The notes under the pieces: model-generated
Told to the model about the DNA's origin: nothing
The model's input: only the letters and a program-made list of their open reading frames with translations
Databases searched by the model: none
Shown: one piece after another, positions 31,586-40,324 of the stretch
Position numbering within the stretch: the stretch's first letter is position 1
Layout of the letters: every line of letters begins with the position of its first letter
Made by a program: the position numbers and the translations under genes
Source of the DNA: a virus
Lineage: Duplodnaviria; Caudoviricetes
Direction: 5' to 3' (one strand)
Virus record (IMG/VR): IMGVR_UViG_3300012952_003062
Coordinates: 1-46,197 of that record
Length of the DNA: 46,197 bases

Positions 31586-31694
31586 TAATGATTTCCTCCA
31601 CTATTCGATAAAAGATTTTTCCAGAGAAGTATGTAACTACTAAAAGAAATAGATACATAACTGCCTGAAAAAGATTTTGAAAAAATATTTCCAT
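31566..31694 (-). CDS. Small hydrophobic peptide (42 aa), near-leaderless, not in ORF track
   Basis: MEIFFQNLFQAVMYLFLLVVTYFSGKIFYRIVEEIINGNNPW; ATG lies 8 nt after the -10 box. Confidence 0.5.
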   Translation of the reverse strand: MEIFFQNLFQAVMYLFLLVVTYFSGKIFYRIVEEIINGNNPW

Positions 31695-31702
31695 AATTAT
31701 AT

Positions 31703-31731
31703 ATTATACGGAAAACGGACTAAAATGTCAA
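31703..31731 (-). promoter_or_regulatory. sigma70 promoter
   Basis: TTGACA-17-TATAAT. Confidence 0.88.
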
Positions 31732-31739
31732 GAAATATT

Positions 31740-32018
31740 TTAATTATCCTTAAATAAAAAGCAACCCGCACGGGTTCTGCCGTAAGGATTTCTACCTTGT
31801 ATTTCTGAGGTGCTTAAGTTAGCACCTACCGCTAAGTCAAGATAGCATCTTTCTTTTTTTAAGTGTACTCCTACGAGTATCTGATCTAGTTGATCGGCGT
31901 CTATATTGTTAAAGGGCGTACCATCAGGTATAGAACTAATATGTTCCCACTCTACGTATGGATTATAACTTGTACACCCTGATAGGAGTACTGCTGCCCC
32001 TATCGTTCTAAATGTCAT
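31740..32018 (-). CDS. Small lipoprotein
   Basis: MTFRTIGAAVLLSG-C lipobox; AGGAGA SD. Confidence 0.7.
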   Translation of the reverse strand: MTFRTIGAAVLLSGCTSYNPYVEWEHISSIPDGTPFNNIDADQLDQILVGVHLKKERCYLDLAVGANLSTSEIQGRNPYGRTRAGCFLFKDN

Positions 32019-33357
32019 CGACATCTTCTCCTGTTTTTAATGAACTGCTCTCCCTTTGTTGAGGGGTCTGAGCCGAGTCCGGGCCTATTCTTTGTGTTTC
32101 TCTGTCAAAATAAGAGGTAAAAGAGCGCTGAGCGGCTGAGCGCATTTTTACACAATTAAAAGTTATACAAGCATCTTCCTCTTCATAAGTTTCCAATGCA
32201 TACGCCGCATCTGCTGCGTCTAGTATACCTTTTGCAAATCGCGCTTCACCGCTCGCGTCTGTTTGGTATGGCGAAACAACAGTACAATCGTACTCCTGTG
32301 CCATACTTTTTAGGGCTTTACTCACCTCTATTTGTTCCGTCCAGTCATACTGACCGCTTCTCGAAGGTATAGCAGATCGCTTAACTTGGTTGATATAGTC
32401 AACGAGTATAACACCGACATTCAAAGGTTTCACTTTTTTGTCCAATTCTGCTTTGATTTTTGCCAGAGTCAAAGCTGGATCATAGATAACATCAACTTGT
32501 TGCGTCGGGAGAAGCTCACAAGATGTTGTCAGACTATGATGAAAGTCTTCAAAATTACGGTGTTCTTTATACTCTTTGAGTTTATTTTGGCCGTCCTTAA
32601 ATCGTCCAGCCCACCAGTTAGCTACTTTCTCCCACTCTATAATACTAAGATTCTTAGTTCGTATTCTAGCGTGAGGGATACCTGTAGAAATGGCACAAAT
32701 GCGTTGAAAAATTGCCCGACTATCCATCTCAATAGTGAAATACATAGCCGAGCGACCTTCTTCAAACACACGGTGAGCAATGTTTGCGCAAGTAGTAGAT
32801 TTACCTGCCCCGCGACGACCCCCAATAAGAACAAGATCTCTGGGTGAGAACTGTATCTCGTGGTCGTAGTCGGTATTTAGCCCGAGGGATAAGTATTTGC
32901 CAAGTTCCTCATCAGATTCAAACAGGTTGATCCTTTGCATGCTTTCCTGCGGAAGTTCTAGATCGACTTTTTTCTCAACGTCTAAAACTATCTGATGAAG
33001 ATGATTTACCGATTCTTCTGCATCCTCAAAGGCTACAGAATTTTCAATATAACCCTCTAAAGAATTGAGAATCTCTTTTTGGGTATACTCATTTTTAAGA
33101 TACTGTAGCAGCATGAAAGCATCTGCATCAACCTCGACACTTTCGATAGCATAAAGCTTTTCGCTAGTAGCAGGGTCGCGTATCTCAAACTTTAAATCTT
33201 CAAAGCTGGGAAGGGAGTGAAATTTATCACAGTGTTTATCTATAGCACTAAAAAGTGTATGGAACTCACTGGGTAGATAATCTTTTCGAACACTACTCCA
33301 GGTTTCAAAGTCCTGTAGTACAAGCACTTGCTTGATTAATGCGCTCGCTAAGTTCAA
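32008..33357 (-). CDS. DnaB-like replicative helicase (T5 D6-like)
   Basis: GRRGAGKS, FTIEM, VDYIN, PYQ; TTG start with GGAAGG SD. Confidence 0.92.
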   Translation of the reverse strand: MNLASALIKQVLVLQDFETWSSVRKDYLPSEFHTLFSAIDKHCDKFHSLPSFEDLKFEIRDPATSEKLYAIESVEVDADAFMLLQYLKNEYTQKEILNSLEGYIENSVAFEDAEESVNHLHQIVLDVEKKVDLELPQESMQRINLFESDEELGKYLSLGLNTDYDHEIQFSPRDLVLIGGRRGAGKSTTCANIAHRVFEEGRSAMYFTIEMDSRAIFQRICAISTGIPHARIRTKNLSIIEWEKVANWWAGRFKDGQNKLKEYKEHRNFEDFHHSLTTSCELLPTQQVDVIYDPALTLAKIKAELDKKVKPLNVGVILVDYINQVKRSAIPSRSGQYDWTEQIEVSKALKSMAQEYDCTVVSPYQTDASGEARFAKGILDAADAAYALETYEEEDACITFNCVKMRSAAQRSFTSYFDRETQRIGPDSAQTPQQRESSSLKTGEDVDDI

Positions 33358-33420
33358 TCCTTCCCCCGACTATGAAGTTGCCGCCCCTGGCAAGGACGGC
33401 TACATATGTTATGTTGTCTA

Positions 33421-34146
33421 TTACTGTGCGGCCTTGGCAGCTTTTGCTGCTCCATCATAATCTGATGCGGTTAGGCCTCTGCGAGTAAGCATTGTTTTAA
33501 CGCCTCGCGCAGTTTTACCGATAGCTTCTGCGATAGCATCGACAGTCATGTCAGAGATATCGCCAAGGTCTGACAAAGGATCTTCCTTTGCGGAACCTTT
33601 TGTGTGCTCTTGACGAGGGATAGCGTCAATGTCACCAGAACGTAGCAAGCTAAGAGCTTTACCTCGTACTGAATTTACGCTTCGGTCAAGGGCGTCTGCG
33701 ATAGCCTCAACAAAGGCTCCATCGTTTACCATCTGAACGAAGGTTTCTTCTTCCTCTGGGGAATAAGTTCGTACAGTTTCCACCTTAGGAGCAGGCTTAA
33801 CATGCTCAGTAAGTTCCATAGAAAGAATCTTTCCTTGGATTGACTTGGCGGAAAATGCACCACCTTCGAAGTTTTCAGCGATTTGAGCATATGTATACTC
33901 CCCGCTGTTGTCTGAGACAAAGTTAGCAAGAGTGCTTTCTTGATCTTCAGAAAAGGCTCGGGTAGAAGCGGCAGATGCTAGCTCTACTTCATAGCCCATT
34001 TTTCTCAACTTGCTAGATACAGAGCGAGTTGAAGTTTCAAGCTGGTCTGCTGCTTCCGCAACAGTTGCTTGGGAAATCGGAGACTCGTCACCAACAAAGC
34101 TAGTTAGCTCATCAGTTCGTTCTTCTGTCCACTTAGGTAATGCCAT
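33421..34146 (-). CDS. T5 D5-like DNA-binding protein
   Basis: KWTEE...RSVSSKLRKMGY...SIQGKILSMELT...RGVKTMLTRRG repeated HTH-like units; synteny. Confidence 0.85.
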   Translation of the reverse strand: MALPKWTEERTDELTSFVGDESPISQATVAEAADQLETSTRSVSSKLRKMGYEVELASAASTRAFSEDQESTLANFVSDNSGEYTYAQIAENFEGGAFSAKSIQGKILSMELTEHVKPAPKVETVRTYSPEEEETFVQMVNDGAFVEAIADALDRSVNSVRGKALSLLRSGDIDAIPRQEHTKGSAKEDPLSDLGDISDMTVDAIAEAIGKTARGVKTMLTRRGLTASDYDGAAKAAKAAQ

Positions 34147-34147
34147 T

Positions 34148-34903
34148 CTATTTCTCCAAAATGTCCATTATATTAGTAATAATTGTTATGCCAGAAGTTC
34201 TGGCTTGTTTAGTTTTGCTGGATTCTATACCACTCTCGTTGACTAAAATTGTTACATCTTTTGTCAGACTACTTTTTACTACAAAGCCCGCACCCTCTAG
34301 AGCTGCGGTTGCATCTGCTTTCGTTTTCCATGTTTTCAACTTCCCACTTATACAGACAACCCCTTTTTTCTCAGAGGGTGCGGAACTTTTAGTAAACTTA
34401 AAGTCAAAAGGAAGGTAACCATCGTACCAACAATAGAACTCTTTGCGTAGCCACTCCAGTAAGCTGTCTGTTGCTTTTGGGCCAAGACCTGCTTGTCTGC
34501 AACTACTCTCATCTATTTCACTAATATTATTTATTACTTTAGCGAGTTTTTCAGTAGCAGTTTTGCCTATTAAAGGGATACTAAACCCTGGCAATACAAC
34601 ATTAAGAGGTGCTGCTTTCGAGTTACAAATTTCATTATATAGTTTTTCAGCCAATTTCTCTGAGGAAAGTTTTTCAGTGATTTCTTCTTGTGTAAGAGAA
34701 TATATCTGGTCAATGTCTACTATCTCTAACTTTTTGATAGTTGCGGGACCAAGCCCTTTTATCTTTAAAGTTTTACCAAAATGTTCTACTCGTTTAGTTG
34801 AACGAGAATCACAAGACTTATTGGTACAATAGATAATATCGTTTACCCACTCAAGCAACGTTGCACAGCTAGGACAGTGTGTTGGTGCTTGAATTTTTGT
34901 CAC
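34148..34903 (-). CDS. NAD-dependent DNA ligase subunit B (Zn finger, HhH, BRCT)
   Basis: CPSC...C....C; IKGLGP; IPLIG; VCISGK; GTG start after an AAGGAG SD. Confidence 0.9.
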   Translation of the reverse strand: MTKIQAPTHCPSCATLLEWVNDIIYCTNKSCDSRSTKRVEHFGKTLKIKGLGPATIKKLEIVDIDQIYSLTQEEITEKLSSEKLAEKLYNEICNSKAAPLNVVLPGFSIPLIGKTATEKLAKVINNISEIDESSCRQAGLGPKATDSLLEWLRKEFYCWYDGYLPFDFKFTKSSAPSEKKGVVCISGKLKTWKTKADATAALEGAGFVVKSSLTKDVTILVNESGIESSKTKQARTSGITIITNIMDILEK

Positions 34904-34933
34904 TAAAAGCTCTCCTTTGAAAATTGAAAACAT

Positions 34934-34962
34934 ATTATATGAAATTTTAAGATTTTTGTCAA
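34934..34962 (-). promoter_or_regulatory. sigma70 promoter between the ligase halves
   Basis: TTGACA-17-TATAAT. Confidence 0.88.
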
Positions 34963-34987
34963 GAATTATTTTTTTACAGGTAGCAAC

Positions 34988-35923
34988 TTAAAATACACGT
35001 CGCAAAATTCGAGGTATAATTTCTCCACTACGAATAACCTCAACTTGGCAACCTATTTCTAATTCTAGACTCTCAATGTAAGCAATATTATGCAAAGTTG
35101 CTCTTGAAACAACCGCTCCATCAATATTTACTGGCTCTAGGATTCCTACTGGAGATACTGCTCCTGACTTGCCCACCTGCCATTTTACATCTGTTAGAGT
35201 TGTTACTACTCCTTCTTTTTGCTCTTTTAAAGCAACTGACCCGCGAGGATGATGAGAAGTATACCCCATACGTTCGTACTCAGTATTACTATTTTTCCGA
35301 TACACCCACCCATCAGTGGGGTAGTCTTCGTATATAAAATTACTGACAGTATGGAAGCCCTTTCTTTCTAAAAACTCAAGAGTCGTCTCATAAGTTATAG
35401 AAACTTTAGGTGCTACATCATACGCTACAAACTGTAGTCCTTCATAATGTACTCTGTGTTTAAATTCTTCTATATCCTTTAAATTCAAAGTACCTGCAGC
35501 ATAGTTTCTGGCGTTCATAATAACTTTGGGAAAAACTACTTCCCCTACTATTTGAATTATACCATCATGTCCAGACAACCATTTAGGAACAACATGCTCC
35601 ATCTTTTCGGTTATGTCCTTACCTATGTTGCCATCCCCGCGAGTCAATCCGAGGGCTAACTGTCCATTTATATAGGATAAAGAGATAGCTGCCCCATCCA
35701 ACTTTGGAGTACGAATATAAGTTTCAATATCAGACGGAAGGTCTTCTTCACTAAATACTTTTTGTAAAGAATACATTTTATGTAGATGAGGAACACCATC
35801 TGTAATGGTGTAACCCACTTCATGATAAGAATACGTCTCTGCTAGTCGGTCAAACTCTGCGTCAGAGAGCACAGGGGTACCTTCATAATACCTCTTGCTT
35901 GCATAATCTAAGAAATTTTTCAT
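34988..35923 (-). CDS. NAD-dependent DNA ligase subunit A (adenylation and OB domains)
   Basis: SDAEFD, MYSL, KLDG, TRGDG, RNYAAG, TDG, RATLHN, RSGEIIP; start at 35923 or 35938. Confidence 0.92.
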   Translation of the reverse strand: MKNFLDYASKRYYEGTPVLSDAEFDRLAETYSYHEVGYTITDGVPHLHKMYSLQKVFSEEDLPSDIETYIRTPKLDGAAISLSYINGQLALGLTRGDGNIGKDITEKMEHVVPKWLSGHDGIIQIVGEVVFPKVIMNARNYAAGTLNLKDIEEFKHRVHYEGLQFVAYDVAPKVSITYETTLEFLERKGFHTVSNFIYEDYPTDGWVYRKNSNTEYERMGYTSHHPRGSVALKEQKEGVVTTLTDVKWQVGKSGAVSPVGILEPVNIDGAVVSRATLHNIAYIESLELEIGCQVEVIRSGEIIPRILRRVF

Positions 35924-35948
35924 GCTTCTCTCACTCATTTGAAATACT

Positions 35949-35977
35949 ATTATAGAGGATTCAGCATTAAAAGTCAA
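35949..35977 (-). promoter_or_regulatory. sigma70 promoter
   Basis: TTGACT-17-TATAAT. Confidence 0.85.
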
Positions 35978-35980
35978 GAA

Positions 35981-36280
35981 CTATTTGTAGATTTCGTCAA
36001 TAAAATCCTTAAAATATTCTTCTAATATATCCTTTGATTCAGCTAGAGATATAATCTCTACTAAACCTGCGAATAACTCTCTAGAATTATCGAAATCTAA
36101 CTCCATTGCTATTCCTTCGGGGGTAGGACACCACTCCTCATTGAAGTCTAAATAATACTTTCTTAAATGTAAGTATTCTATTCCTCTAAAGGTACTGACT
36201 ACTAACCTAACTTGTACTTCTTTTTTCTCATCATAGTGTATTAACTTTTCATACACCGGAGGAGTTTCATATAGCTCCAT
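35981..36280 (-). CDS. PC4/p15-like ssDNA-binding protein
   Basis: VRLVVSTFRG.EYLHLRKYY....EW.PT.EGI matches the PC4 pattern; T5 has a homologue next to its ligase. Confidence 0.8.
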   Translation of the reverse strand: MELYETPPVYEKLIHYDEKKEVQVRLVVSTFRGIEYLHLRKYYLDFNEEWCPTPEGIAMELDFDNSRELFAGLVEIISLAESKDILEEYFKDFIDEIYK

Positions 36281-36281
36281 G

Positions 36282-36548
36282 TCATACCTCGTTCTTTAAA
36301 ACAGAGGACAACGGAACTACACTAGTAACGTTTTCTGGTTTTAATAGTCTATAGGAATCGGTATCCCAACAAAAAAGCAAAAGAGTCCGGTCAGACTCCT
36401 TTGCCCGATTTCGTTTATTCTGGATATACTGGGTGGAAAAGTCTAAAGTACAAACATTGTACTTTAGTTTCTTCGAGTTTTCACTTCGATAGGTAATTAT
36501 TGCATCACCATACTCCGCTACTAACTTTGCTAAATCCCCTTTGTTCAC
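36282..36548 (-). CDS. T5-like conserved small protein (possible SH3/WYL-like fold)
   Basis: ITYRS...YNVCTLDF...FCWDTDSYR; GTG start with AAGGAG SD. Confidence 0.7.
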   Translation of the reverse strand: MNKGDLAKLVAEYGDAIITYRSENSKKLKYNVCTLDFSTQYIQNKRNRAKESDRTLLLFCWDTDSYRLLKPENVTSVVPLSSVLKNEV

Positions 36549-36608
36549 AACATCTCCTTACTGCAGGTTAGCAAAATATATTTTGCCGTCCCGTCGGGAA
36601 AGAGATGT

Positions 36609-37043
36609 TTAGTTCAATGCAGTAATTATCCCTGAAAAATACTGAGCAGCTTTACCTGTCAGTTTTGAGATTATGTCTTCATCCACTTCTTGTCCTGCAT
36701 CTTGCAGAGCAGAAGTTAGCTCGTCTTGCGCGGCTTGTTTGGATACTCGGGTTCCTCCGGTCGAGGTACCTCCGTTTGACGGTCCAGGTGTTTTTTTAAC
36801 GTAAACCCCAGCTTTGCTAAGCACCATACGAACTCCGTTAGGAGATTCATCAAACTCCTCTGCGAGGTCTCGTACGATTTCCATCGAGGTTTCAGGTGTC
36901 GGGTCTTGTTTTTCATAAGCCTCAACCACAGCGGCTTTTTTGTCATCATCCCACGCCATTTTGCGTTTCCTTTTGTTGGTTCCTTTATAGCCTGGGCAAG
37001 TGCCCAGAGCCTCCAATTGCTGCTGATAAAATCGGTCGCCCAT
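36609..37043 (-). CDS. T5 D3-like DNA-binding protein
   Basis: MAWDDDKK...SPNGVRMVLSKAGVYVKK...SKLTGKAA; alternative start at 36959. Confidence 0.75.
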   Translation of the reverse strand: MGDRFYQQQLEALGTCPGYKGTNKRKRKMAWDDDKKAAVVEAYEKQDPTPETSMEIVRDLAEEFDESPNGVRMVLSKAGVYVKKTPGPSNGGTSTGGTRVSKQAAQDELTSALQDAGQEVDEDIISKLTGKAAQYFSGIITALN

Positions 37044-37069
37044 AGGTTTCCTTAACTTTATTAACACAT

Positions 37070-37098
37070 ATTATAGTTGAATTTGACATCGAAGTCAA
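37070..37098 (-). promoter_or_regulatory. sigma70 promoter
   Basis: TTGACT-17-TATAAT. Confidence 0.85.
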
Positions 37099-37295
37099 GA
37101 ACTTTTTTTGTCTTGCCAGTAGTAATATTCTATATATTCGGGGTATCTCATTAACTCCTGCTTGGGATACGTCCAGAAAAGTCCCTTATATATGTTGTGA
37201 CTTTTTTCAACAGCCCCACACCAAGAACATTCCTGCCCTTCCATAGCTACGATAATTCTTTCGGCTTCTTTACAAAAATGACTCCATGTATTCAA
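37095..37295 (-). CDS. Hypothetical protein with H-x-C and CxxC (possible Zn site)
   Basis: HFC...ECSWCG; AGGAGA SD. Confidence 0.55.
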   Translation of the reverse strand: MNTWSHFCKEAERIIVAMEGQECSWCGAVEKSHNIYKGLFWTYPKQELMRYPEYIEYYYWQDKKSS

Positions 37296-37304
37296 CGTAT
37301 TCTC

Positions 37305-37523
37305 CTAATATAGTTTTATCCAAGATATGATGGTACTTTTTTCAAGATCCTCATAAGTGTTGGCAGGGTGTCTTAATACAACAAGTTTATCGTTCGAAGG
37401 ATTCTGAGGCATGTTTACTCCTTTTAGAGTAAATATTTCTTCTTTCTCCTTTCCTGAAATTAAACTTGTATACTTTATTTTTACATTTCCTTTTTCTAAT
37501 GCGGATATTAACGGCTGTATCAT
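37305..37523 (-). CDS. Hypothetical small beta-rich protein
   Basis: ATGA overlap with the upstream gene; AGGAG nearby. Confidence 0.6.
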   Translation of the reverse strand: MIQPLISALEKGNVKIKYTSLISGKEKEEIFTLKGVNMPQNPSNDKLVVLRHPANTYEDLEKSTIISWIKLY

Positions 37524-38224
37524 CCTACAGTAACTCCTATTTCTTTCAAGTGTTCTAAACTTCCTAGGTCGTAGGCTAAGACGAAAGAGCGTTCTCCCAT
37601 CTTCCTTGGACCAATCCAGCCAGAAACATACATGTCAGGAGTCCATTCCACATATTCATACACATAAATTTCGTAACATTTTGAGCCGTATTTAGCTTCA
37701 TAGTCTATTCGAGTATCTTCTTTCATTACTTCTACTGCTCTATCATGTACTGCGCTCCATGCTATCTCTCCATCTCTAAAAGAGGTTTTCACACATTCAT
37801 CCGGCAGCATATAATAGCTATATTGATACCCTTTCTTTTCTTCTTTGCTTCTCTTTTGAGGAACTCCTGCTCTCTCTATTATCCCATTAACAAAAGCAGG
37901 GGAACGATAGAGAGTTCTGGATATGTCTGATATAGGTGCTCCCTCCAAGAATCGCTCGATCGAAGTGACGGTTTCGTATTTAGATGGGGGTTTCCCTCTA
38001 TTTTCAGCTTTTCGTTTATCCCTGTATTCTTTCTCTTCAAGATATTCCTCTAGTATTTTATCCAGTCTTGAGGTGTTATAGCTAATATTTAATATTGAGC
38101 ACGCCTCTTTTTTAGTTATAGGCTTGTCACTATTCGTTGGTTTCAACAACTTTATAACATGCTCTATGTTTACTGCTGTCAACTTTTCCGACGATTTTTT
38201 CTTTACTTTTCTGCTCAAGCTCAA
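37520..38224 (-). CDS. T5 D2-like protein
   Basis: ITKKEACSILNISYNTSRL HTH-like motif; 234 aa; synteny. Confidence 0.65.
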   Translation of the reverse strand: MSLSRKVKKKSSEKLTAVNIEHVIKLLKPTNSDKPITKKEACSILNISYNTSRLDKILEEYLEEKEYRDKRKAENRGKPPSKYETVTSIERFLEGAPISDISRTLYRSPAFVNGIIERAGVPQKRSKEEKKGYQYSYYMLPDECVKTSFRDGEIAWSAVHDRAVEVMKEDTRIDYEAKYGSKCYEIYVYEYVEWTPDMYVSGWIGPRKMGERSFVLAYDLGSLEHLKEIGVTVG

Positions 38225-38513
38225 TCTCCAACTTAAATAATAAACAACACATAGCGTGTGCTAAGTGTGATAGTTGAGTTTCCTCATCTGTTTCTTCTCC
38301 ATCTATATGTGCGAAAAGATGACGCAAGGCAGCACTAGTGTACCTATCTTGTAGGTTATCTAACTTTCTCCAGTTTTCTTCATCGTACTTTTCCGCTCCA
38401 TAAGTTAGGACTTTCCCTACTTCTAATATTGCTTTAGGAGGGAGAAGATGAAGCTTGGGCTTTTCTCCGTCCCATTTCTTGCCTACATCAATGCCTTGCA
38501 TAAAGTATTCCAA
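38130..38513 (-). CDS. DUF5664-type dATP/dGTP diphosphohydrolase domain protein
   Basis: GKKWDGEKP...VLTYGAEKY...NWR...AALRHL...GE..D.E...HLAHA.CC. Confidence 0.8.
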   Translation of the reverse strand: MEYFMQGIDVGKKWDGEKPKLHLLPPKAILEVGKVLTYGAEKYDEENWRKLDNLQDRYTSAALRHLFAHIDGEETDEETQLSHLAHAMCCLLFKLEIELEQKSKEKIVGKVDSSKHRACYKVVETNE

Positions 38514-38679
38514 AAGTGTTATTTATTCTCTCTACATATCTTTGATGTAGCCATGTTTGGTACTTTTCCAAATACTCTTCGTAGGATAATAACTGTTCCC
38601 CTCCCAAGGGTTGTTTATGCTCATCACAATAGTCCAGCCACATTCTTTGACAGAATGCATCATAAGGCGTCGCTTTCAT
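38488..38679 (-). CDS. Hypothetical phage protein
   Basis: FCQRMWLDYCDE motif; overlaps both neighbours. Confidence 0.6.
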   Translation of the reverse strand: MKATPYDAFCQRMWLDYCDEHKQPLGGEQLLSYEEYLEKYQTWLHQRYVERINNTFGILYARH

Positions 38680-39316
38680 TTACAAACTCCATAATCATAG
38701 GGAACACAGGATCAATAGCATTAGCACAAGCTATAGCTACCTTTTGGTGTTCCAGTTGCGTACCATTTGCACTTCTTAAGTCGATATAATGTATCCAACT
38801 TCTTAAAGTCCCATTCATATAGATTCGAGAAGGAGTCAGGCCTTCGGGCATAACAGCCCTTGCCTGCTCTTTAGCAATACCTTTACTTATAGCCCAATCA
38901 TACGCCGTTTTTGCTCCTTCCCACGCATTTCGTTGCTTTACTAGCCACTCTTGATGCAAGTAAGGGTCATCTTCAATTCTTATAGAATTTTGTCTATTTT
39001 TCGGATCTTGTTTACGAGCTTCTCGATAAATAGGATTCCCTAATAAATCTGGTTTTGCATATCTTTGGCTAAATTCTTGGAAAGCAAAAGACCTGTGACG
39101 AATGATCTGCCTCGCTATATCTCGGGTAGTCTCTATCTCTAAACATATACTGACCATCTCGAACGGAGACCAGTGCTTATGTCTAATTAGATAACGTACT
39201 AACTTTTCGGAAGTTCCATCGTTATCTTGATTTTCTGGATTAGAAACCCTTGCGGTATACGCTACAGCTTCTAATAAATCGTGTGCTGACTTACTTATTA
39301 AATTTACTGTTGCCAT
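38660..39316 (-). CDS. thyX: Flavin-dependent thymidylate synthase
   Basis: HWSPFE; RQIIRHRSFAFQEFSQRY ThyX motif; EQARAV.P. Confidence 0.95.
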   Translation of the reverse strand: MATVNLISKSAHDLLEAVAYTARVSNPENQDNDGTSEKLVRYLIRHKHWSPFEMVSICLEIETTRDIARQIIRHRSFAFQEFSQRYAKPDLLGNPIYREARKQDPKNRQNSIRIEDDPYLHQEWLVKQRNAWEGAKTAYDWAISKGIAKEQARAVMPEGLTPSRIYMNGTLRSWIHYIDLRSANGTQLEHQKVAIACANAIDPVFPMIMEFVNESDAL

Positions 39317-39648
39317 ATTGTCCTTTTCAATAGTTCTTTTTTGGTTATTTTTTCTCCATCATTAGAGAAATACATAGTTTCTTGCTTTGCCATCTTTCCA
39401 TTCAGAGCATCTCTTGTAAAATCTACCCCAGCCTCTTCCGCACACTTGAACTCTACATAAACTCTTTGTTTAGTCATTAGAATTTGACTTGGAGTCATTT
39501 GCCAAGCTATTATTTTTCTTTTCTTACACAAATGCATGAATTGCTTCATTGCGTGCCTTCGTGTTTTGGGGCTTGCACATAAGTACAAATATGAAACATT
39601 CAGACTACTGGATGCTTTCTCGAATAAAGTTTTTACTGCTTCTCTCAT
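39304..39648 (-). CDS. Hypothetical protein
   Basis: First gene after a promoter; GAGG SD. Confidence 0.6.
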   Translation of the reverse strand: MREAVKTLFEKASSSLNVSYLYLCASPKTRRHAMKQFMHLCKKRKIIAWQMTPSQILMTKQRVYVEFKCAEEAGVDFTRDALNGKMAKQETMYFSNDGEKITKKELLKRTIWQQ

Positions 39649-39672
39649 ATGGTATTCCTCTACAGATTATAT

Positions 39673-39701
39673 ATTATATAAGATTTCGTAAAAAATGTCA
39701 A
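39673..39701 (-). promoter_or_regulatory. sigma70 promoter
   Basis: TTGACA-17-TATAAT. Confidence 0.88.
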
Positions 39702-40324
39702 GATCTGTTTTGTGCTTTGGAGGCAAAAGGTTTGAGAATTTTAGTAGTATAGCATCTATGAACGAGTCGCTCGACCCCGCTACTGCTTATTAACCACTCA
39801 AAATATTTAGAGGCTTCAGGAATTATTTCTAAAATATTTTCTTCATCCTGTACATGGTTAGGATAAAGTTCTTCAAACCAGAGAACTTCTGGAGCAAGAT
39901 TCCTTTGTTTAGCTACTAAAGTATAGGTTACCAGCCCCATATAATCATCAAAAAGTAACTTACAAAAGAACAGTATTTGACTATTTTCCAACCCCGTTCG
40001 GGCTAATAACTTAGCAAAACTTACTAAGGTTTTATAAATATCTTTTCTTATTAAAATTTTATCTGCTTGTGGCGCTGCATTGGCAGGAGCCCGATTTAGT
40101 TGAACTATACAGTTATTTTTGTGATTACGAATTATATCAAAAAACTCTTCTTCTCCATAACTGGGTTGAAATCCTGTCTCGTGATTTTTTGCTTTAGTTC
40201 CTGCCCAAGGATTCTTTTTAAGATGTGAACCGTCAAATTCTCCTACAAAAGGTATACCTAAAAGTTTTTCTAAGTCTAAACAATACTTAGTTGCCCCCGA
40301 TCTCCCGTGTGTAACTATTAGCAC
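39698..40324 (-). CDS. Sulfotransferase-like P-loop protein
   Basis: N-terminal LIVTHGRSGAT (PAPS-loop-like), GE.F, LIRKD..KTLVS, WFEEL. Confidence 0.5.
   Translation of the reverse strand: MLIVTHGRSGATKYCLDLEKLLGIPFVGEFDGSHLKKNPWAGTKAKNHETGFQPSYGEEEFFDIIRNHKNNCIVQLNRAPANAAPQADKILIRKDIYKTLVSFAKLLARTGLENSQILFFCKLLFDDYMGLVTYTLVAKQRNLAPEVLWFEELYPNHVQDEENILEIIPEASKYFEWLISSSGVERLVHRCYTTKILKPFASKAQNRS

Noticed and set aside
34148-35977. Split DNA ligase as a pseudogene, frameshift or novelty
   Set aside because: A two-gene NAD+ ligase is an established T5-family trait, and both halves have intact motifs
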